Assembly: GCA_002633005.1 (NCBI GenBank)
Contig: NMRA01000358.1
Coordinates: 231,775 to 295,774, forward strand
Reading direction: 5' to 3'
DNA: 64,000 nt
Origin: Phoronis australis
Taxonomy: Eukaryota > Animalia > Phoronida
The notes beneath the pieces are model-generated. The model had not been told where the DNA came from. It did no database searches and was given only the letters and a program-made list of their open reading frames with translations. How positions within the stretch are numbered: the stretch's first letter is position 1; the number at the start of each line of letters is the position of its first letter. Made by a program: the position numbers and the translations under genes. Positions 49,034-62,748 of this stretch are shown piece by piece.

Positions 49034-52000
49034 GTAAGTGTTGCTTCTCTGTTTAGCCTGAACAGTGCTACATTCTCTGAGTACAGCCATCTTATGATCA
49101 TTGGGACATACCATAAACCGTACATATGTCAGAAGCTTTTTGAAAATTATGTCAGACAGTCGACACTGACGTCTGGCTCTGTCAACTCTGTCTCAACTGG
49201 TGTACTAATCGAGATGGTGAAGCTCCTTTTCGGTGAATTATGTCTCACACTGATTAAAATCTCAAAGTCATGTTGCTATGAGTATCTGTTGTGATAGAGG
49301 GACACCTTAGGAGGCCGTCGATTTCTTTAATTCCGTCCAACTCGAACAAATATTTGTAATCAAATTTTTTTTCGAGTAGTCCTTTATTCGTTTGCCGTAA
49401 TCATTTTTACATCATTTCGGGACATCTTTGAGACACCTGCTGTTTTGTTCCCAAGTGTTACTTTGTTTGATATTGACGTTGTAGCCAAACATCGAACTAG
49501 ACACTGACTACTGTCTCTAGCTGGTCCCAGTAGAGACGGTGAAGCTCCTATATGAGGCCGTCGATGTCCTTAATTCCTTCCAACTCAAACAAGTACTCCC
49601 GTAATCAAACTTTTCCTTCGAGCAATCCTTCGCTACACGTGCTATTTTTACTGCACCTGCCAGGAACTATCTCTATTGGGGCCAGCTAGATATGGTGGTC
49701 ACTGTCTAGCATCGAGGTAGCTCTAGTAGCAGATTACTAATGATGAGCGTTAGTGTTCGGCTACTATTACTGAGTACAGTAACTGCTAGGGCTAACTTCA
49801 ATGTGGTTCAAACATTTAAAAATTTACGAGACAATCTTGTATGTAGTGATGTGCTCTAGACTGCAAAAATGGCCAATTCACAATTTAAGGAAAGAAGAGA
49901 CGTGTATTCGAAAGAAATCTTGATTATCCGGTTATGTACGACTTCCTATTGTTTAAGTGGTAATTACAGTGACTGAGTGACTGGACTGTTTTGGCAGGAG
50001 AGCATTTCGATGACTTGGTTTTGGATTTCTTACAAGAACAGCAACGTCTTGCAAAACCTCGGTAAAATTTGCAAGTTTATTGAACACTGAAATGATTGGT
50101 TATAAATTGAAGTTAGAGTGTTGAAGTATGGGATTGTCATTGAATTCAGTGTTTCCGGAGCATCCTATGGTGTGTAACTTTCAGCCAGGGTGTCCAGTTG
50201 TATGCTCTCTATACAGATGGAGACCTGCTCTGTATCTACCCAGGTACTTGAATAATTTGCATGAAGTTTTGTTAATAGTTTTACTAGATTCCAGTTTTTG
50301 GTTGGATTTGACGCATTCTGCTCCACCCAATGACCATTTTTATCATTTTCGACTCTGTGGCGTTCATTTCTCTGTTTGGCAACCCACTCAAAGGAGCATA
50401 TGCTTTCTTACTGAGCAGAGCATAACTGACATGATTTTCGGACAGGTCCAATTACTCTAGTGACCTGTAGGGGAACGTTTGTGTGTGTCTGGGTGTCTTC
50501 TAAACCCTGGGTCTTATTGAAATATGACTTAGTGTAACTGCTAAGAATGTGACAACCAATTAGGACGACTTTTGGACGGAACTGACTACCACCGTATCGA
50601 CCGTTTGCCCTAGTGGCATAATAGTTCTAAGTTACATTTGTCTCTTTATCTCCAGAGTTTCTTGGCAGATTTTGATGAAATTTTACAGTTATAGTTCTGA
50701 AGAAAATGACATTTTCCATTTTGGAATGAATTTGCACGACCTTGTGGCTGTTACTGTAACTAAATCGTCTTTTTCTCGGCTTCGGCAAATCGACTTACTG
50801 GTAATTTGAATTTAGGAACACGAGTTCTCGAAAACGACTTGGTGGATTTCACTAAATTTTCTGAACTTAATATCTAAATTCATCAATTTTAAAAAAGCTC
50901 TTAGGATTTTAGATATCAAGGCCTAGTTTTTCTGTAATGGAACAAAGACAAATACTAGTATGATAGCTACAACTTATATTTTTTGCAAAAATACCTACAT
51001 TTTAGGAGTTGGTTTGTCATAAAAACCAAACAAAATGTCTAATTGAAAATTTTTAACAGCGTTTTTGAGGTAACTGTTGAAGTTTTCATTTAAAAGGGTT
51101 TCATTAAAATCGAAGTAGGGATTATTTTGCTAGTGAATGTACCTTTCTTAAAAATGAAAAAATGGACTTGAAAAGGTGTGAAGGTTAATAAGAATGGTAC
51201 AAAAACATAAAACATATTTTATTTTCCCCTGATCTCTTTTCTTTCAACGTTCTTTTACTCATTGACAAGGCCTAGTTTTTGATATACAAGTTAGGATGGA
51301 GATAACCTTAAACAATACATCTGATAGTGAACATGCACATAAGGAGAGTATAACAATGCCCCTATTTTAATTGGCTGTTTGAACTACCAGGTATCACCAT
51401 ATAATCAGTAATATGTTTCCTAAATTGTCTTTACCATGGCCAGTGGAACTTGAGCCAAGGTGTGAACAATGTTAGAATTGACCTTACACCTGAGTTCACT
51501 TGTTCATACCTTGGGCATGAATCATCATTGACATTATGTCCAGCTGCACATTACCACCCCAGAATATAGGGGTAGTCAGCCATCAGTAATTTTAGGTAGC
51601 AGGTTAATGTGGTAGTTGATAAATCTGTTGTCAAGAATGACCGCATTATATAATCATTCATTATTTTTTATGCACCCATATTTGTGTAGTGGGTGCATAC
51701 TTTGGTCAGCATATGTAGTTGATTGGGTTGTGGCCAATGTTGCTGCCAAATTTTCTTTCATGTTCCTAAACCTTTGCTTGTTCACCACATTGAGAGAACC
51801 AGTGCTACAGTTCGAAATAAAACAGCATCACCTATCAAGGCCAATTTTCACTTTCTGGGTGATCAGTTACCTAAGTTGTAGATTCTTTAGATTCGATTGG
51901 AAACAAAATTGTTTCGGCGAAAGTGGTCCAATTGGAAACAAACATTTTTCTGACTGCAGTTGACCTGATCTGTCCTTGGCAAGTTTAATTAAGCGGATCT

Positions 52001-54322
52001 CAGGTCCTGAGTGCATGGGGTCGGGGGCTTGGAAACCGATTCCTTGAGCGGGCATGGATTGCCGCTGTACATTTGTCATTTGTTTTGCGATATACCATCA
52101 AAAGATGACTGCTGGAAGAAGACCACAGTTCTGATTTATTGAATCCAAACTGTGTTGAGCGAGCAGTTAAAGCCCAGTCCAGTCTGTGAGTGCTCACAGG
52201 GGGGTTAGATGAAGACTGGCTGACTCACACTTGAGGAATTGTGGTCAGATGGTGAGAGCTTTGTTTTCCCACTCACTTGGGTTGGACCTGTGACATTATA
52301 ATAAATGTCAAGGATGCTGTGCCAATAGTCTGTGAAAATATTGGAAAGTCTGTTGTCAGTGCTTATGTTTTTAAATTTTTTGCAGGAAATATTTATACTC
52401 AGGCAATGATTGTTGGCATATTGTAGACAACGACTTTACAGACCAGTCTATAAGGCCAATATTATTATGTGGTTCAGCAGACTGGTGCGCCATTGTCTTC
52501 TTTAAATAACCATAACAAGAGGTTATAGGGATTTCTTTGTAATAGGCCAATATTATTGACCTGTTAATATGAGTGCTAACTGCCTATTACCTGTTTATGG
52601 AGTAGAGTAGGTGGCACAAGTAAAGACTGTGACCTTGTTAATCTGACTTCACTGTTATCATGGCCCTGCACCTTCTTTGAAAGTGACAGAATTGGCGACG
52701 CTGAAGCTTGAACAAATGTGAAAGTTCCGCAGATTCCCCACATTTATCTCAAACAACGACAACAACAACAACGGTTGTTTTGAGCTTTCTGTCAAATACA
52801 CCCAGGTTTTTTGTGAACATGTTTTTCTTTTTTCTTTTCTCAAATCTGTGAGGTGAATGAGTCCCTCAACTTCCCCAGCAGTTGAATCACATATCCCACA
52901 GGCACCTCAAGCTGATGTTGTCCTGCGTGCAATTTTAAAGTTCAGGCTCGTTGTACTGTGCTTGTAGACTTTACCATCCAAAACTTCATTGGTGAGCAGT
53001 TATAAACATTGGGTATTCAGATCATATTAGGAAAACGAATTTTGCATAATTATGCAGCATACTGGCTGAAATTTAACTAGTAATTTCAATTGATTAATTA
53101 CTGAAAGACTGGAAATGTGAGTACTTCAAAAACTATTTATACATAATGTTTAAATCAGCCAAAAGTGGAGAACACTTTATTCCTTTTGAGAGGTGCTATG
53201 GTCATCAAAGGAATTCATGTTTCATTTTATATCACTGTGTTTACATGGCAACTTTGACCGAGAGCATTTTGACCCATGACATCCTCAGTAGTCCATGTCC
53301 ACTTCAGTTTACACGAGCCTGGCTGTAAGTTATATCACATTTGACAGAAATGAGGGTGTCATTTGTAGACTTGTAGACTAGAGTCGTAGTGACACCTTCA
53401 GGATGCCCAAATGGACCACACGACAACAACTGTGGGCTTTGAAAAGGTTAGCTACGTAGTACATGAATTCTTTTACGTACAAGCTTAATAATGTGTTTTT
53501 ACTTGTTTGGAGCCAAACAGGCTAGCTGGAAGTGTGTACATTTGTCACCTGGATACAGTTAGGGATGAACCTGACATTTACTGGCCAGTATGTACAAAAA
53601 CATGGGCACTGTTATAGGTTAAAGTAATAATGCTTGTAATTCAGTTCATCTGGAGTGTGGTGGAAGCTAGCTTTATCATTTGTTGGCTAATCGTACATTA
53701 CTGGGGGATGCAGACATGTTGAAGATAAGTCTTCTAGAAATTTGGTTTGTGTGTTCCTTTGGGTCGTTTACCAAGTGTACGCACTGGAGAGGTAAAAATG
53801 CAGATATGCATCTTAGTACGAGATAATGCAATTCTGTGAGATTATGAGATGTGTGAGATAGTAATGCTTTTACATGAGGCGCATTTGACATGGAGCAGTG
53901 GACACGGGTGCATGTATATGTGTAAACGTGACTGACACGGAGTAAGTTAGTAACGCAGCAGCCATTTTTGATACTGGTTTGAGAGGTGGAACAGGTCGCA
54001 CTCGATCAGTTGCTCCAGTGTCAACTGCACATCTAATCACAAACTTGGGCAAGGCGGAATGGATCATCACTGTCACGCTTGTGCAATGGCATATATACAA
54101 GTGACCCGCTGGTATTCTGCACGACTTGGATGTTCGCTGTTGTTCATGCGAACATGCGGAAACAGTCTTTGTGTGAATGCCTCATGCTGATCCAGTTTGC
54201 GATGAAGTACCGTGTTGAGCAACTGATGCCATGAGAACTCGGTCCGTAACGAATCCTCCTCGTGTAAAAATGGCTAATGAGATGTTTCAACAGAGTTGAG
54301 AATAATGGTGTTGTTATTGTAG

Positions 54323-54595
54323 GCCCCCCTACCCAGTTCAGCCAACAGCCTGTACCTGGCCAGCCAGTGGTGCAAGGAAACACTGCATTCATAACATGCC
54401 AAGTAGACAACCTAGCCTCTACACCCCTACAATATGAGTGGTATAAAAATGGTGTGAAGGTGGACACAGACTCCACCACTCAAGGCACCCTGCGTCTGTC
54501 TCAGGTTTCTGCAACTCATGCCGGCAACTACCAGTGTTTAGTGAAGAACAGATATGGCGCTCTCCTGAGTCGCAAAGCCAAGCTTCAAGTAGTCA
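54323..54595 (+). CDS. sdk: Sidekick exon 2: Ig1
   Basis: Acceptor ttgtag, donor A|GTGAGT. Reads PPTQFSQQP...ITC...YEWYKNG...AGNYQCLVKNRYGALLSRKAKLQVV. Confidence 0.93.
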
Positions 54596-55296
54596 GTGAG
54601 TATGGTCCACTTGACAAATGTTGTCTTCTGCATTTCACCAGTACTTGATTCAGTAACACATTGAAAAGAAAATTAACTTTAATGTTCAACATTAAATTCC
54701 AAATAGGAGCCATACATCACAGATGCCTTATTACTTGTGTTTACCCAGCGAGGGCGTGTGTTCAATGTTGATTTTGTTATGACTGACTCAGAGCAAAATT
54801 TGATTTCTGATATTTTGCTGTTTTTTGCTTTGTCACTGCACAAATTTTTCCTTATATTCAAACATACTCTTGTACTAGGAACCCCAAGCAGGACTCAACA
54901 TATAGCAAGTCAACGTTAAAAAATATGAGTGGAAAAAGTAAAAGGCGAGTAGAAAATTGACCTCACTCATATTACATGTACGAACGCGGAACGGACATTT
55001 CCCATTTTTTATTTTCTATTTTATTGATTGCCACAGTTGCCGGTAACCATATCAAAAAGTAGAACCATTGCAGCCCTTAAAAACATAAAAAGTGGTTGAA
55101 AATCTTGACCTGATGTTATGTTTGATGATTTCAGCAACTCACGATTGAAGTTTTATTTGTCCCATGAGTCTCTGGTGAAGTCGCTATTGGCAATCTGCAG
55201 TTGCCTTTGGCAAGTTGATGTTTGCCAAATTGGTGGAATCTCAGTTTGTTGTCAAGATGGTAGACCCTAGCTATGTATGGTTTTGCCTCATTTCAG

Positions 55297-55587
55297 CTAT
55301 GGGTGACTTTGTGGGACATGAGACCGTCACCACCCTATCTGTGGATCAAGGAAAAGCTATCGTATTGCGTGTACCTGAGATAGAGTCAGTACCCGAGGCC
55401 ACCATCAGATGGAGTGTGAATGGAACAGATGTAGCTGACAATGAGTTGATCAACTATATCACATACAAGAAAGACTTAGTTGTGCTTCAGGCTGATGTCA
55501 ACAAACCTAGGACTAATGTTCAAGTTGAAGGTTACAATATGTTCACTGGGACAAATTCCAGGAAGAATTTCATTCTAATTGTGCGAA
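55297..55587 (+). CDS. sdk: Sidekick exon 3: Ig2 (Cys-less, as recalled for other sidekicks)
   Basis: Acceptor tttcag, donor A|GTAAGT. Reads TMGDF...SVDQGKAIVLRVPEIESVPEATIRW...YITYKKDLVVL, resembling SDK YMGSF...VSQGRAAIL...AITLENQLVIL as recalled. Confidence 0.92.
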
Positions 55588-56004
55588 GTAAGTATTCTTT
55601 CTTTTCTTTAGTTGCCATTTTATATTTTACCTGAGTAATGCCCTACTTCATTGAATCACGTCAACTCACTTTTCCTGATTTGTTTATAAATTTTCATATT
55701 TCTTGCAAAGTAGAAATCCCAATTTGTTGCCAAGGCTATACACCTCTTAGAAGGAAGGTGCTTATGTCTTGTGGTGGGAAATTTTTTTCAATGAACCCAA
55801 AATCTCCATCTTGGTTGCCATGGATTCCAGAACTCATGGTAACTAACAGTTCCATGCTTGTCGGACACCACCAGTTCTGCCAACTATACCTAGTGATGCG
55901 GTTCGCATTCTGCCCTTTTAATATGTCCACTATAACAAAGTGATGCGGTTAGCATTCAGTATAAATAATTCTGTAATTGACATTTTGCTTGTCCACTATT
56001 TCAG

Positions 56005-56122
56005 ATATAGGAAGCAGCAGTAGTACTATCGGTCCCAGTATTGTACTTGGTCCTGAGGCGCAGACATCAGCTGTACATGGTCAGTCAAATGCTGCCCATA
56101 TTGAGTGTGTTGTCAATGCAAG
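56005..56122 (+). CDS. sdk: Sidekick exon 4: first part of Ig3
   Basis: Acceptor tttcag, donor AG|GTAAGT. Reads NIGSSSSTIGPSIVLGPEAQTSAVHGQSNAAHIECVVNAR. Not in the ORF track. Confidence 0.92.
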
Positions 56123-56620
56123 GTAAGTCTTGTGAATAAACTATGCACCGTGATCGCATTTTATGTTGACTAGGGTATGGCACCAATCAGCTGCTCTCCC
56201 TAGATGTCGCTGCCTGTGGTGTGTAGTTGATTTTGGTAACCTTCACTTAACTTTCAGTCTCAGCAAAAAATAACAAAGTTTTGATTTAAAGAATGTTGTT
56301 GAGAAGAAGGAAGCTACATTGTTGTTCAAGTTTTCCACTGCTGTATTGTTCCAACATGTCCAGGCGCCAGTCGAATTTTGGTGATCGTGACCTCATTTTC
56401 AAGGTCCGTGATAAATCGAGTTTTGATTTACATGTTTGTACCTCCCTTATTGGTGGGGGACAATTGAATCTGTCTGTTGGAAGTACTCGTCTGTTTATGA
56501 GTTCTTTTGCACCTAGCAGGTGCTGACTGAAGTCTGGTGTTGTGGCCAATATGTATTCTACGATCTCTGCTCATTGTCCATAATACTTGGATAATTAATA
56601 TGGATCTTATTTGATTTCAG

Positions 56621-56862
56621 ACCTTTGACTAGTGTTACCATTAAATGGTACAGGATAGATGGCAGCACGGAAACAGAAATAACACAGTCCACGTCTGGTT
56701 ATGTATTGTCACCTGTAATAGGCGACACAGAGCCTAAACTCTACGTCAACAGGCGCTTGAGTATCGTAACTCCAACCAGTAGTATGTCAGGAGTCTACAA
56801 GTGTGTCGCTTCCATGCCTGGCAAGACCTCTGTATCAGCCACAACAAATTTAACAGTCTCTG
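56621..56862 (+). CDS. sdk: Sidekick exon 5: second part of Ig3
   Basis: Acceptor tttcag, donor G|GTAGGT. Reads PLTSVTIKWYR...RRLSIVTPTSSMSGVYKCVASMPG. Confidence 0.92.
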
Positions 56863-57084
56863 GTAGGTTTTCATAACAAAAAGTGCAGCAGTTGTGTATG
56901 GATACGTATGGGCTTGTTTGTCTATCCACCAGACATATTTACATCATTCACTGTGCTGACCAAACCTAAGCATATAAGCGTTTTGATTGGTTGCATGTAG
57001 AGAGCACCAGCTTATTACTCATCTGGTATTGTTCTTCTCTCATTGTATATATTATCTTGTGCTAATCGTAAACATTTTTTCTAG

Positions 57085-57229
57085 TTCTTCCCTCAATTTC
57101 TAACCAACTGACTGAGGTGTCTCAAAATGTGGGCCAAACAGTACAGATACCCTGCCAGGTGGGGGGTAGTCCGCAGCCCACTGTTACATGGTACAGAAAT
57201 GGGGTGATGGTCACTGCTACAATGAGCGG
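57085..57229 (+). CDS. sdk: Sidekick exon 6: first part of Ig4
   Basis: Acceptor tttttctag, donor GG|GTAAGT. Reads VLPSISNQLTEVSQNVGQTVQIPCQVGGSPQPTVTWYRNG. Confidence 0.92.
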
Positions 57230-58331
57230 GTAAGTATCTATATTCTCCATACCTGCGAACATATACATACCATGCTAGGGGGTAGTAATCACATGGCACC
57301 ATTGCCTGGGTCTGTCTACTCCTCTGTGTTATGTGAAACGCAGCATTGCCAAATACCCTGCTGGTTACAGAAGTCCTCTGCCCAATGATACATGGTATCT
57401 GGTTCATGTCCTCTGGTTTGGACAGTCCCTGCCGCAGTGGTACATGCTGGTTGGGTACAGTCACTCCCCCTATGATGCGTGGTGTAATGGTAAACCCTTA
57501 TTTATTATATAATGTTCCTTCTGTAGGATCTTCTTGGTATAATAATATTCAAATGTAAAACGTATTGGCACCAGTTGGTGTGAAACGTAGGTTAAATCTT
57601 CCCCTATTATTCGTAACAGTGGTGATGCATATCATTGGTGAATTTCCACAACTTTCATCACATGTAAACAACAGTCTCCATGTTGAATGGATGAATTAAG
57701 TGGGGAATATATAATGCTCATATCTTTTTAACACAATTAAAAAGATGTATATAGCAGGGCTTGGAATTTTCCGCGGAATCGCGGATTTCCGCTTTTTTCA
57801 ACTGTTCTGTCCGCGCATTTTATTATATTTCCGCGTAAAAAAATCGGATTTGATATAAAATTTCCGCGGCAAATTCCTTTCTTACCGCGGCGTTGCAGAC
57901 GACATTCACCTCGAAAAGCGGAAGTTGCTCTTTATGTTTCGGAGGAACGTAAATTGTCAACATTGCCGGGGCATCTGGGATAGNAGGATGGTGTTTAATA
58001 AATGACACCGAAACATGTCAAGTTTTAAATCCGTTGTTGTTTTCGTGAAAATAATTTTTGGTGTACTAAATGAGGTAAATTTACCAAATAAGTGTCAAAT
58101 TACCTTGTTAGTTTAAGCTATAACGCTTTCAGTGATAGTTGAGACTTCTTGTATGGCAGCTGACAAGGACTTCCACTCTTGTCAGTCTGAAGTCAAAGCA
58201 CCTGACCTTGGAGGATCATGTCTTACCAGTCTAGTGGTAGCTTATCGTTGCTATGTTCGGGTACAGACAGTAAGTCAACAACTTACTGTTAGTTGCACAG
58301 TATATCAGTACTTCATTGTTGACATTTTCAG

Positions 58332-58462
58332 GTACAGCCAGTTAGCCAACAACTCACTACGAGCTGTACTAACCAGTTCAGACCAGGCAGGAATTTACCA
58401 GTGTTTTGCCAAGAATACAGCTGGTGAAATCAGTAGTCCTGCCACCTGGCTGAAAGTTTTCA
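58332..58462 (+). CDS. sdk: Sidekick exon 7: second part of Ig4
   Basis: Acceptor ttttcag, donor A|GTAAGT. Reads YSQLANNSLRAVLTSSDQAGIYQCFAKNTAGEI. Confidence 0.92.
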
Positions 58463-59099
58463 GTAAGTAAAATATATTTACTGTAGTAGCTGATCTCTAC
58501 TGCGTCTGGTATGCACTCCTGCTATCAGTATTTCTCACCACTTGAACCAGGAGATAACCCTGTGATAAAGCGAGATGCATTACTTGCAACCATGCCATTT
58601 CTGATAGCTATCTTTTTCACATTGGTGGCATGCTACAGGTTTCTGTTAAGTGTAGCTATGAATTTTCAGGGGTTGTTTACCTTATTCATATCCGAAGGTT
58701 CCCATTGGGTTGATATGTGGGGGACACCTCGCAACTGATAAGTAACCACTGTCAAACTATCAATAACACCAACACTGGGGTGGCGGTGGGTAAACATTTC
58801 ATCTTGTGTTTCCATTCTCTTGAGTGGCTTCATTGGCCAGTGTACTGGTGGTGACCTGCAATCTCCCTGAGATACAGCTCACTATTGTAGGAAACAGGAA
58901 GGCAAATAGGTTATGAGGGCTGCTAACTGTTATCGATTTATTAATGCGCCATGTACTTTTAAAGCCTAAAATCACAACGTACAGATTTTCAGATGCTATG
59001 GAATTTAAGCATTTCTTCAAAAAATCTGCTGAAAATCTGAAAAGGCAATTGAGGCAGTGAACACCAGTAAATCAATAGTTCAAGATCCTACCAGGCTAT

Positions 59100-59330
59100 T
59101 GTCCTACTGCTGTATTACACGGGCCATCTGCTTTCTACTATTTATTGTAGGCCATCTACTTGCTACTATTTAATATAGGTCATCTTGCTATTATTTAATA
59201 TGTTATCTTGCTGCTACTACTGAATATAGGTCATCTTCATGCTATTTAATATATGCCATGTTCCTGCTATAATTTAATATAGGCCTCCACACTGCATCTA
59301 CAATAGGCTACCTTTCTGCTACTATTTGAT
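59100..59330. repeat. Degenerate minisatellite (CTACTATTTAATATAGGTCATCT-like, about 25-30 bp units)
   Basis: About eight diverged units in sidekick intron 7. Confidence 0.7.
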
Positions 59331-59343
59331 ATGAGCTTGTTAA

Positions 59344-59880
59344 GGGCTGTTCCAGCAAAATCTGTGTGGAAGGGGGGGGGAAGGCAACTGAAATAAAAAT
59401 TTATGGGTGGTTGTGTTTGATTTAAATTCAAAATGGCTGGTGGTCGTACGTCAAAAAAATAAAAATTTACAGGTCGTTGTTGTTTCATTGGGCCATGAAT
59501 GTTTGATGGTGGGTAATTTTAGTAAATTTTATAAACAATCCGCACAGAATCAAAAACTGAAACAAAAATGGAACTTGCAAAAAGCTTCGACTTTTTCACT
59601 CCCTCCGATCTCCTCATCGGCATGCCCATAACACCAGTTAACCACAGGTGCTCGAATTTCTCGATGGCAAATAACCATATATAAGAAACATATGTTTTCT
59701 TAGTAATGAATGACGTTAGTGGTGATGGAGGAACTGATAAACTCAAGCGCCTGTGCAGTCAACCACAAGAACAAAAAAAAATTACGGGTGGTAGGCTGAA
59801 GAAATAAATGAATAATATGGGTGGTGGGTGCGAAAAAAGGTGCCTTTCCTCCTCCCATACAGATTTTACTGGAACAGCCC
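59344..59880. mobile_element. PIF/Harbinger-type MITE in sidekick intron 7
   Basis: About 30-bp TIR GGGCTGTTCCAG(C/T)AAAATCTGT; TSD TAA on both sides. Confidence 0.85.
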
Positions 59881-59988
59881 TAACATTTTTTCAAAGTACT
59901 TAACCAAGGCAGTGGAACTTGTTCATTTCCTTGCACAACAATTGTAACTTGGTGATTGAGGCCAGCTAAAGTTCCTTTCTGTTTGCAG

Positions 59989-60105
59989 GTTCCATCCCCG
60001 TTTTTACAGTGCGTCCGATAGACACATCAGCCATTGTTAACAAGATAGCTCGACTCACCTGTACTGCCACTGGTGCGCCCTCTCCTGTCATTTCATGGAA
60101 GAGAG
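59989..60105 (+). CDS. sdk: Sidekick exon 8: first part of Ig5
   Basis: Acceptor tttgcag, donor G|GTATAT. Reads SIPVFTVRPIDTSAIVNKIARLTCTATGAPSPVISWKR. Confidence 0.92.
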
Positions 60106-60573
60106 GTATATTATATATTGCCATCACCAGTTTTGCTTTTAACAAATACCCTCAAAGTCATCTTACTAAGAAATTTTCGTTGAAGTCTGATGAACAATGT
60201 CAAAATTACTAAATAAATTTCATATTTTACAATTGTAGTGTTAGTGCATAACTTAATGATTACAATTTCTCAATCCATAAACAATGTAGGTGTGTGAACT
60301 CTTTTTGGTACCCTTCCCAAGTTTTATTTTGTAGTAGATTTTTCATATTATTTTTTTAATTTTTAATAATAATCATATCTGGCTGTACTTCAAAACCTTT
60401 TTTGTTCAAGTAGTTTGTTGAAGCTATTAGTCATTGGACACAAGGGTGTGGAATGACAAGAGATCTGAAGCACTGGAATTATTAACAAGGATCTGGTGTT
60501 GAACTGTTTCAAGCGTGTTTTTTCCATGTCCTTTAACTGATTGTCTACCTATGGCTACACTGTGTGTTCGCAG

Positions 60574-60738
60574 AGACATCTAGTGGCTGGACTACTGTAG
60601 TCAATGGTGACAGGTATCAGGTGACAGCTGACTCTCTCACAATACTGTCAGCTGAGAAACGAGACAGTGGGAAGTATGCATGTCATGCCTCCAATTCACA
60701 AGGAACGGTTAATGCTACAGCCAACGTGAGAGTTTTGC
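60574..60738 (+). CDS. sdk: Sidekick exon 9: second part of Ig5
   Basis: Acceptor ttcgcag, donor C|GTAAGT. Reads DRYQVTADSLTILSAEKRDSGKYACHASNSQGTVNATANVRVL. Confidence 0.92.
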
Positions 60739-61220
60739 GTAAGTCATTTTTGTCTTTATTTATGTTATAAACTGCTTGCACTTCATCAGGCCTGCTTATT
60801 GATTTAGTTCTGAATCTGTTGAGTGGTCACTTCCTTTGGCATTTAGACAGAGTTTATTTCAGCACCTTGTTGGCTTAATGAACGCATCATTGGTGCACTA
60901 AGTTCTTATTCTGTGTTGATCTTACTGTGATTAGTGACCATGGAACTCTGAGCTGTGCTCAAAATGGCCCCTTAAGTTCTTAAATACAATCCAGTGGTGG
61001 TGAAACATTTCCATTTATAGGAGACCCTTTTCTTATTGTAAACCACGCATTATATTTGAAGTACTAGAAAGGTTCAAAATATGCCATTTCTGAACATAGA
61101 CCCAAGGCTGTGCTGGCCCAAAATCCCAGTATATCCAAGGTGTTGCTGTATTGGTGAAGTTTACCATCTTACGCAGATTACTCATTCCATCCACAACTAA
61201 CTCTGTGTTTCCTTTTACAG

Positions 61221-61499
61221 TGCCGACTAAGATCACTATGCCACCACAAAATAAGAAGGTAGTGAGGTCATCTACAGCCTTTCTGGCGTGTGGTTACACC
61301 CATGACCCGACGGTGCAGGTCACCGTTACGTGGTACAAGAATAGTGTCCCTGTGAGTCTCATCCCCAACAGGGTCTTTGTGACCAGTGAGGGTTACCTGA
61401 GGATCCTTACTGTAGGGCTTTCATACAATGGGCGCTATACTTGTAAACTGACCTCGGAGGCTGGCAATGACACTGCATCTGCCACTCTCACTGTTATAG
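61221..61499 (+). CDS. sdk: Sidekick exon 10: Ig6
   Basis: Acceptor ttttacag, donor G|GTAAAT. Reads PTKITMPPQNKKVVRSSTAFLACGYTHDP...GRYTCKLTSEAGNDTASATLTVI; CGxTHDP and SExGND are sidekick-type. Confidence 0.93.
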
Positions 61500-62007
61500 G
61501 TAAATATCTGTTGTATTCTACTGTCAGTACTGTGTCATTTCTGTTGTAGTTGTCATTTGTTCCTAAGTCACTATGTTTGTGTGTCAAAGGAAAAGAGATT
61601 TGAGAAGCTATTATTTACTCATCAAAAGAAGACAAATTACATTTCAATGTCAAGACGGGTCAAGCCTGCCTGCCATTTTTTCCAGTCAATTCAGACTAAA
61701 AATAACAGGTAATGACCTGTCACTGGCTATAATCTTTTTTGCAATCTTCTGATATTACCACAATGTAATATCATGTACATGGTTTACACAACATGTTGAC
61801 CTAATTCCAATGGTCATTTGTACAGTGTACTTAGTGGCATTGTCAAACGACTTTATTGTTCTCATAAAGAATGACGCTTTGTGCGGGAACTAGGTCTTTT
61901 GTTGCTGCTGAGAATAATGGTGTACAGTCCTGATACTAGGTTTTTTGGTGATGTCATGCCCGTATTGTGTACATCAAATCACTGTTCGTCCATATCTCCT
62001 ATTGTAG

Positions 62008-62148
62008 AGGTGCCTTACACACCCCATAGTGTTGTGGCTGCCATTAACCAAGTAGACCTGAAGGCTGTGGATGTTTCGTGGCGCCGTGACTCGGATGGCG
62101 GCAGTCCCATCACACACTTCATTATACAGAAGAGAATCTTGCCAACAG
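62008..62148 (+). CDS. sdk: Sidekick exon 11: first part of FN3-1
   Basis: Acceptor attgtag, donor G|GTACTG. Reads EVPYTPHSVVAAINQVDLKAVDVSWRRDSDGGSPITHFIIQ. Confidence 0.92.
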
Positions 62149-62748
62149 GTACTGTTTATTTTTAGTAAGTGTGGTCACATGTATAGTGGCCATAATGTAC
62201 TCCTGTCATGGAAACGATTATGCCGATTTGTGTTCTCACATCTTTAGACTTGTAATAACCTTCAACACAACCAAGAGAGTTGTACAACACTCATTACATG
62301 AATGTTTACAAGTCACTGTCAAAAGTAATAATGTTGACCACTTTTGTTGGGTTAATATAAACCAATTTTGCAGTTCCATTTTTATTGACAATGCTTTGAT
62401 TAAGTTTGGTGAACACGCATGTGTGTTGGAATTGCAGAAGACAGAGTATACTTGACTACTTTAAATGCATCACCTTGAAAAGAGCCAGTATCCATGATGG
62501 TATTTTCATAAAGTAATTTTCGAGTTCATGTATGTCTCTTATAGAAAATACTGTATTCGCTGATCCTCATATGAAAATAGATCCTGTACATTTGTTATGT
62601 TGATGACATTTTCTCAAGGACTCCTGTCCCTGACATGCTAAAGCTGAAACAGCCGATTTCATGAAAACGGTTTATTAAAACCAGGTGTAAGACTTAAACC
62701 AATGTATACAAAGGTGTGTGTGTGTATAGTGATGTGCTTGTTTTCCAG

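Noticed and set aside
45640-57984. Single n bases at 45640 and 57984
   Set aside because: Assembly ambiguities within repeats; truncation of the adjacent MITEs may be artefactual rather than biological.
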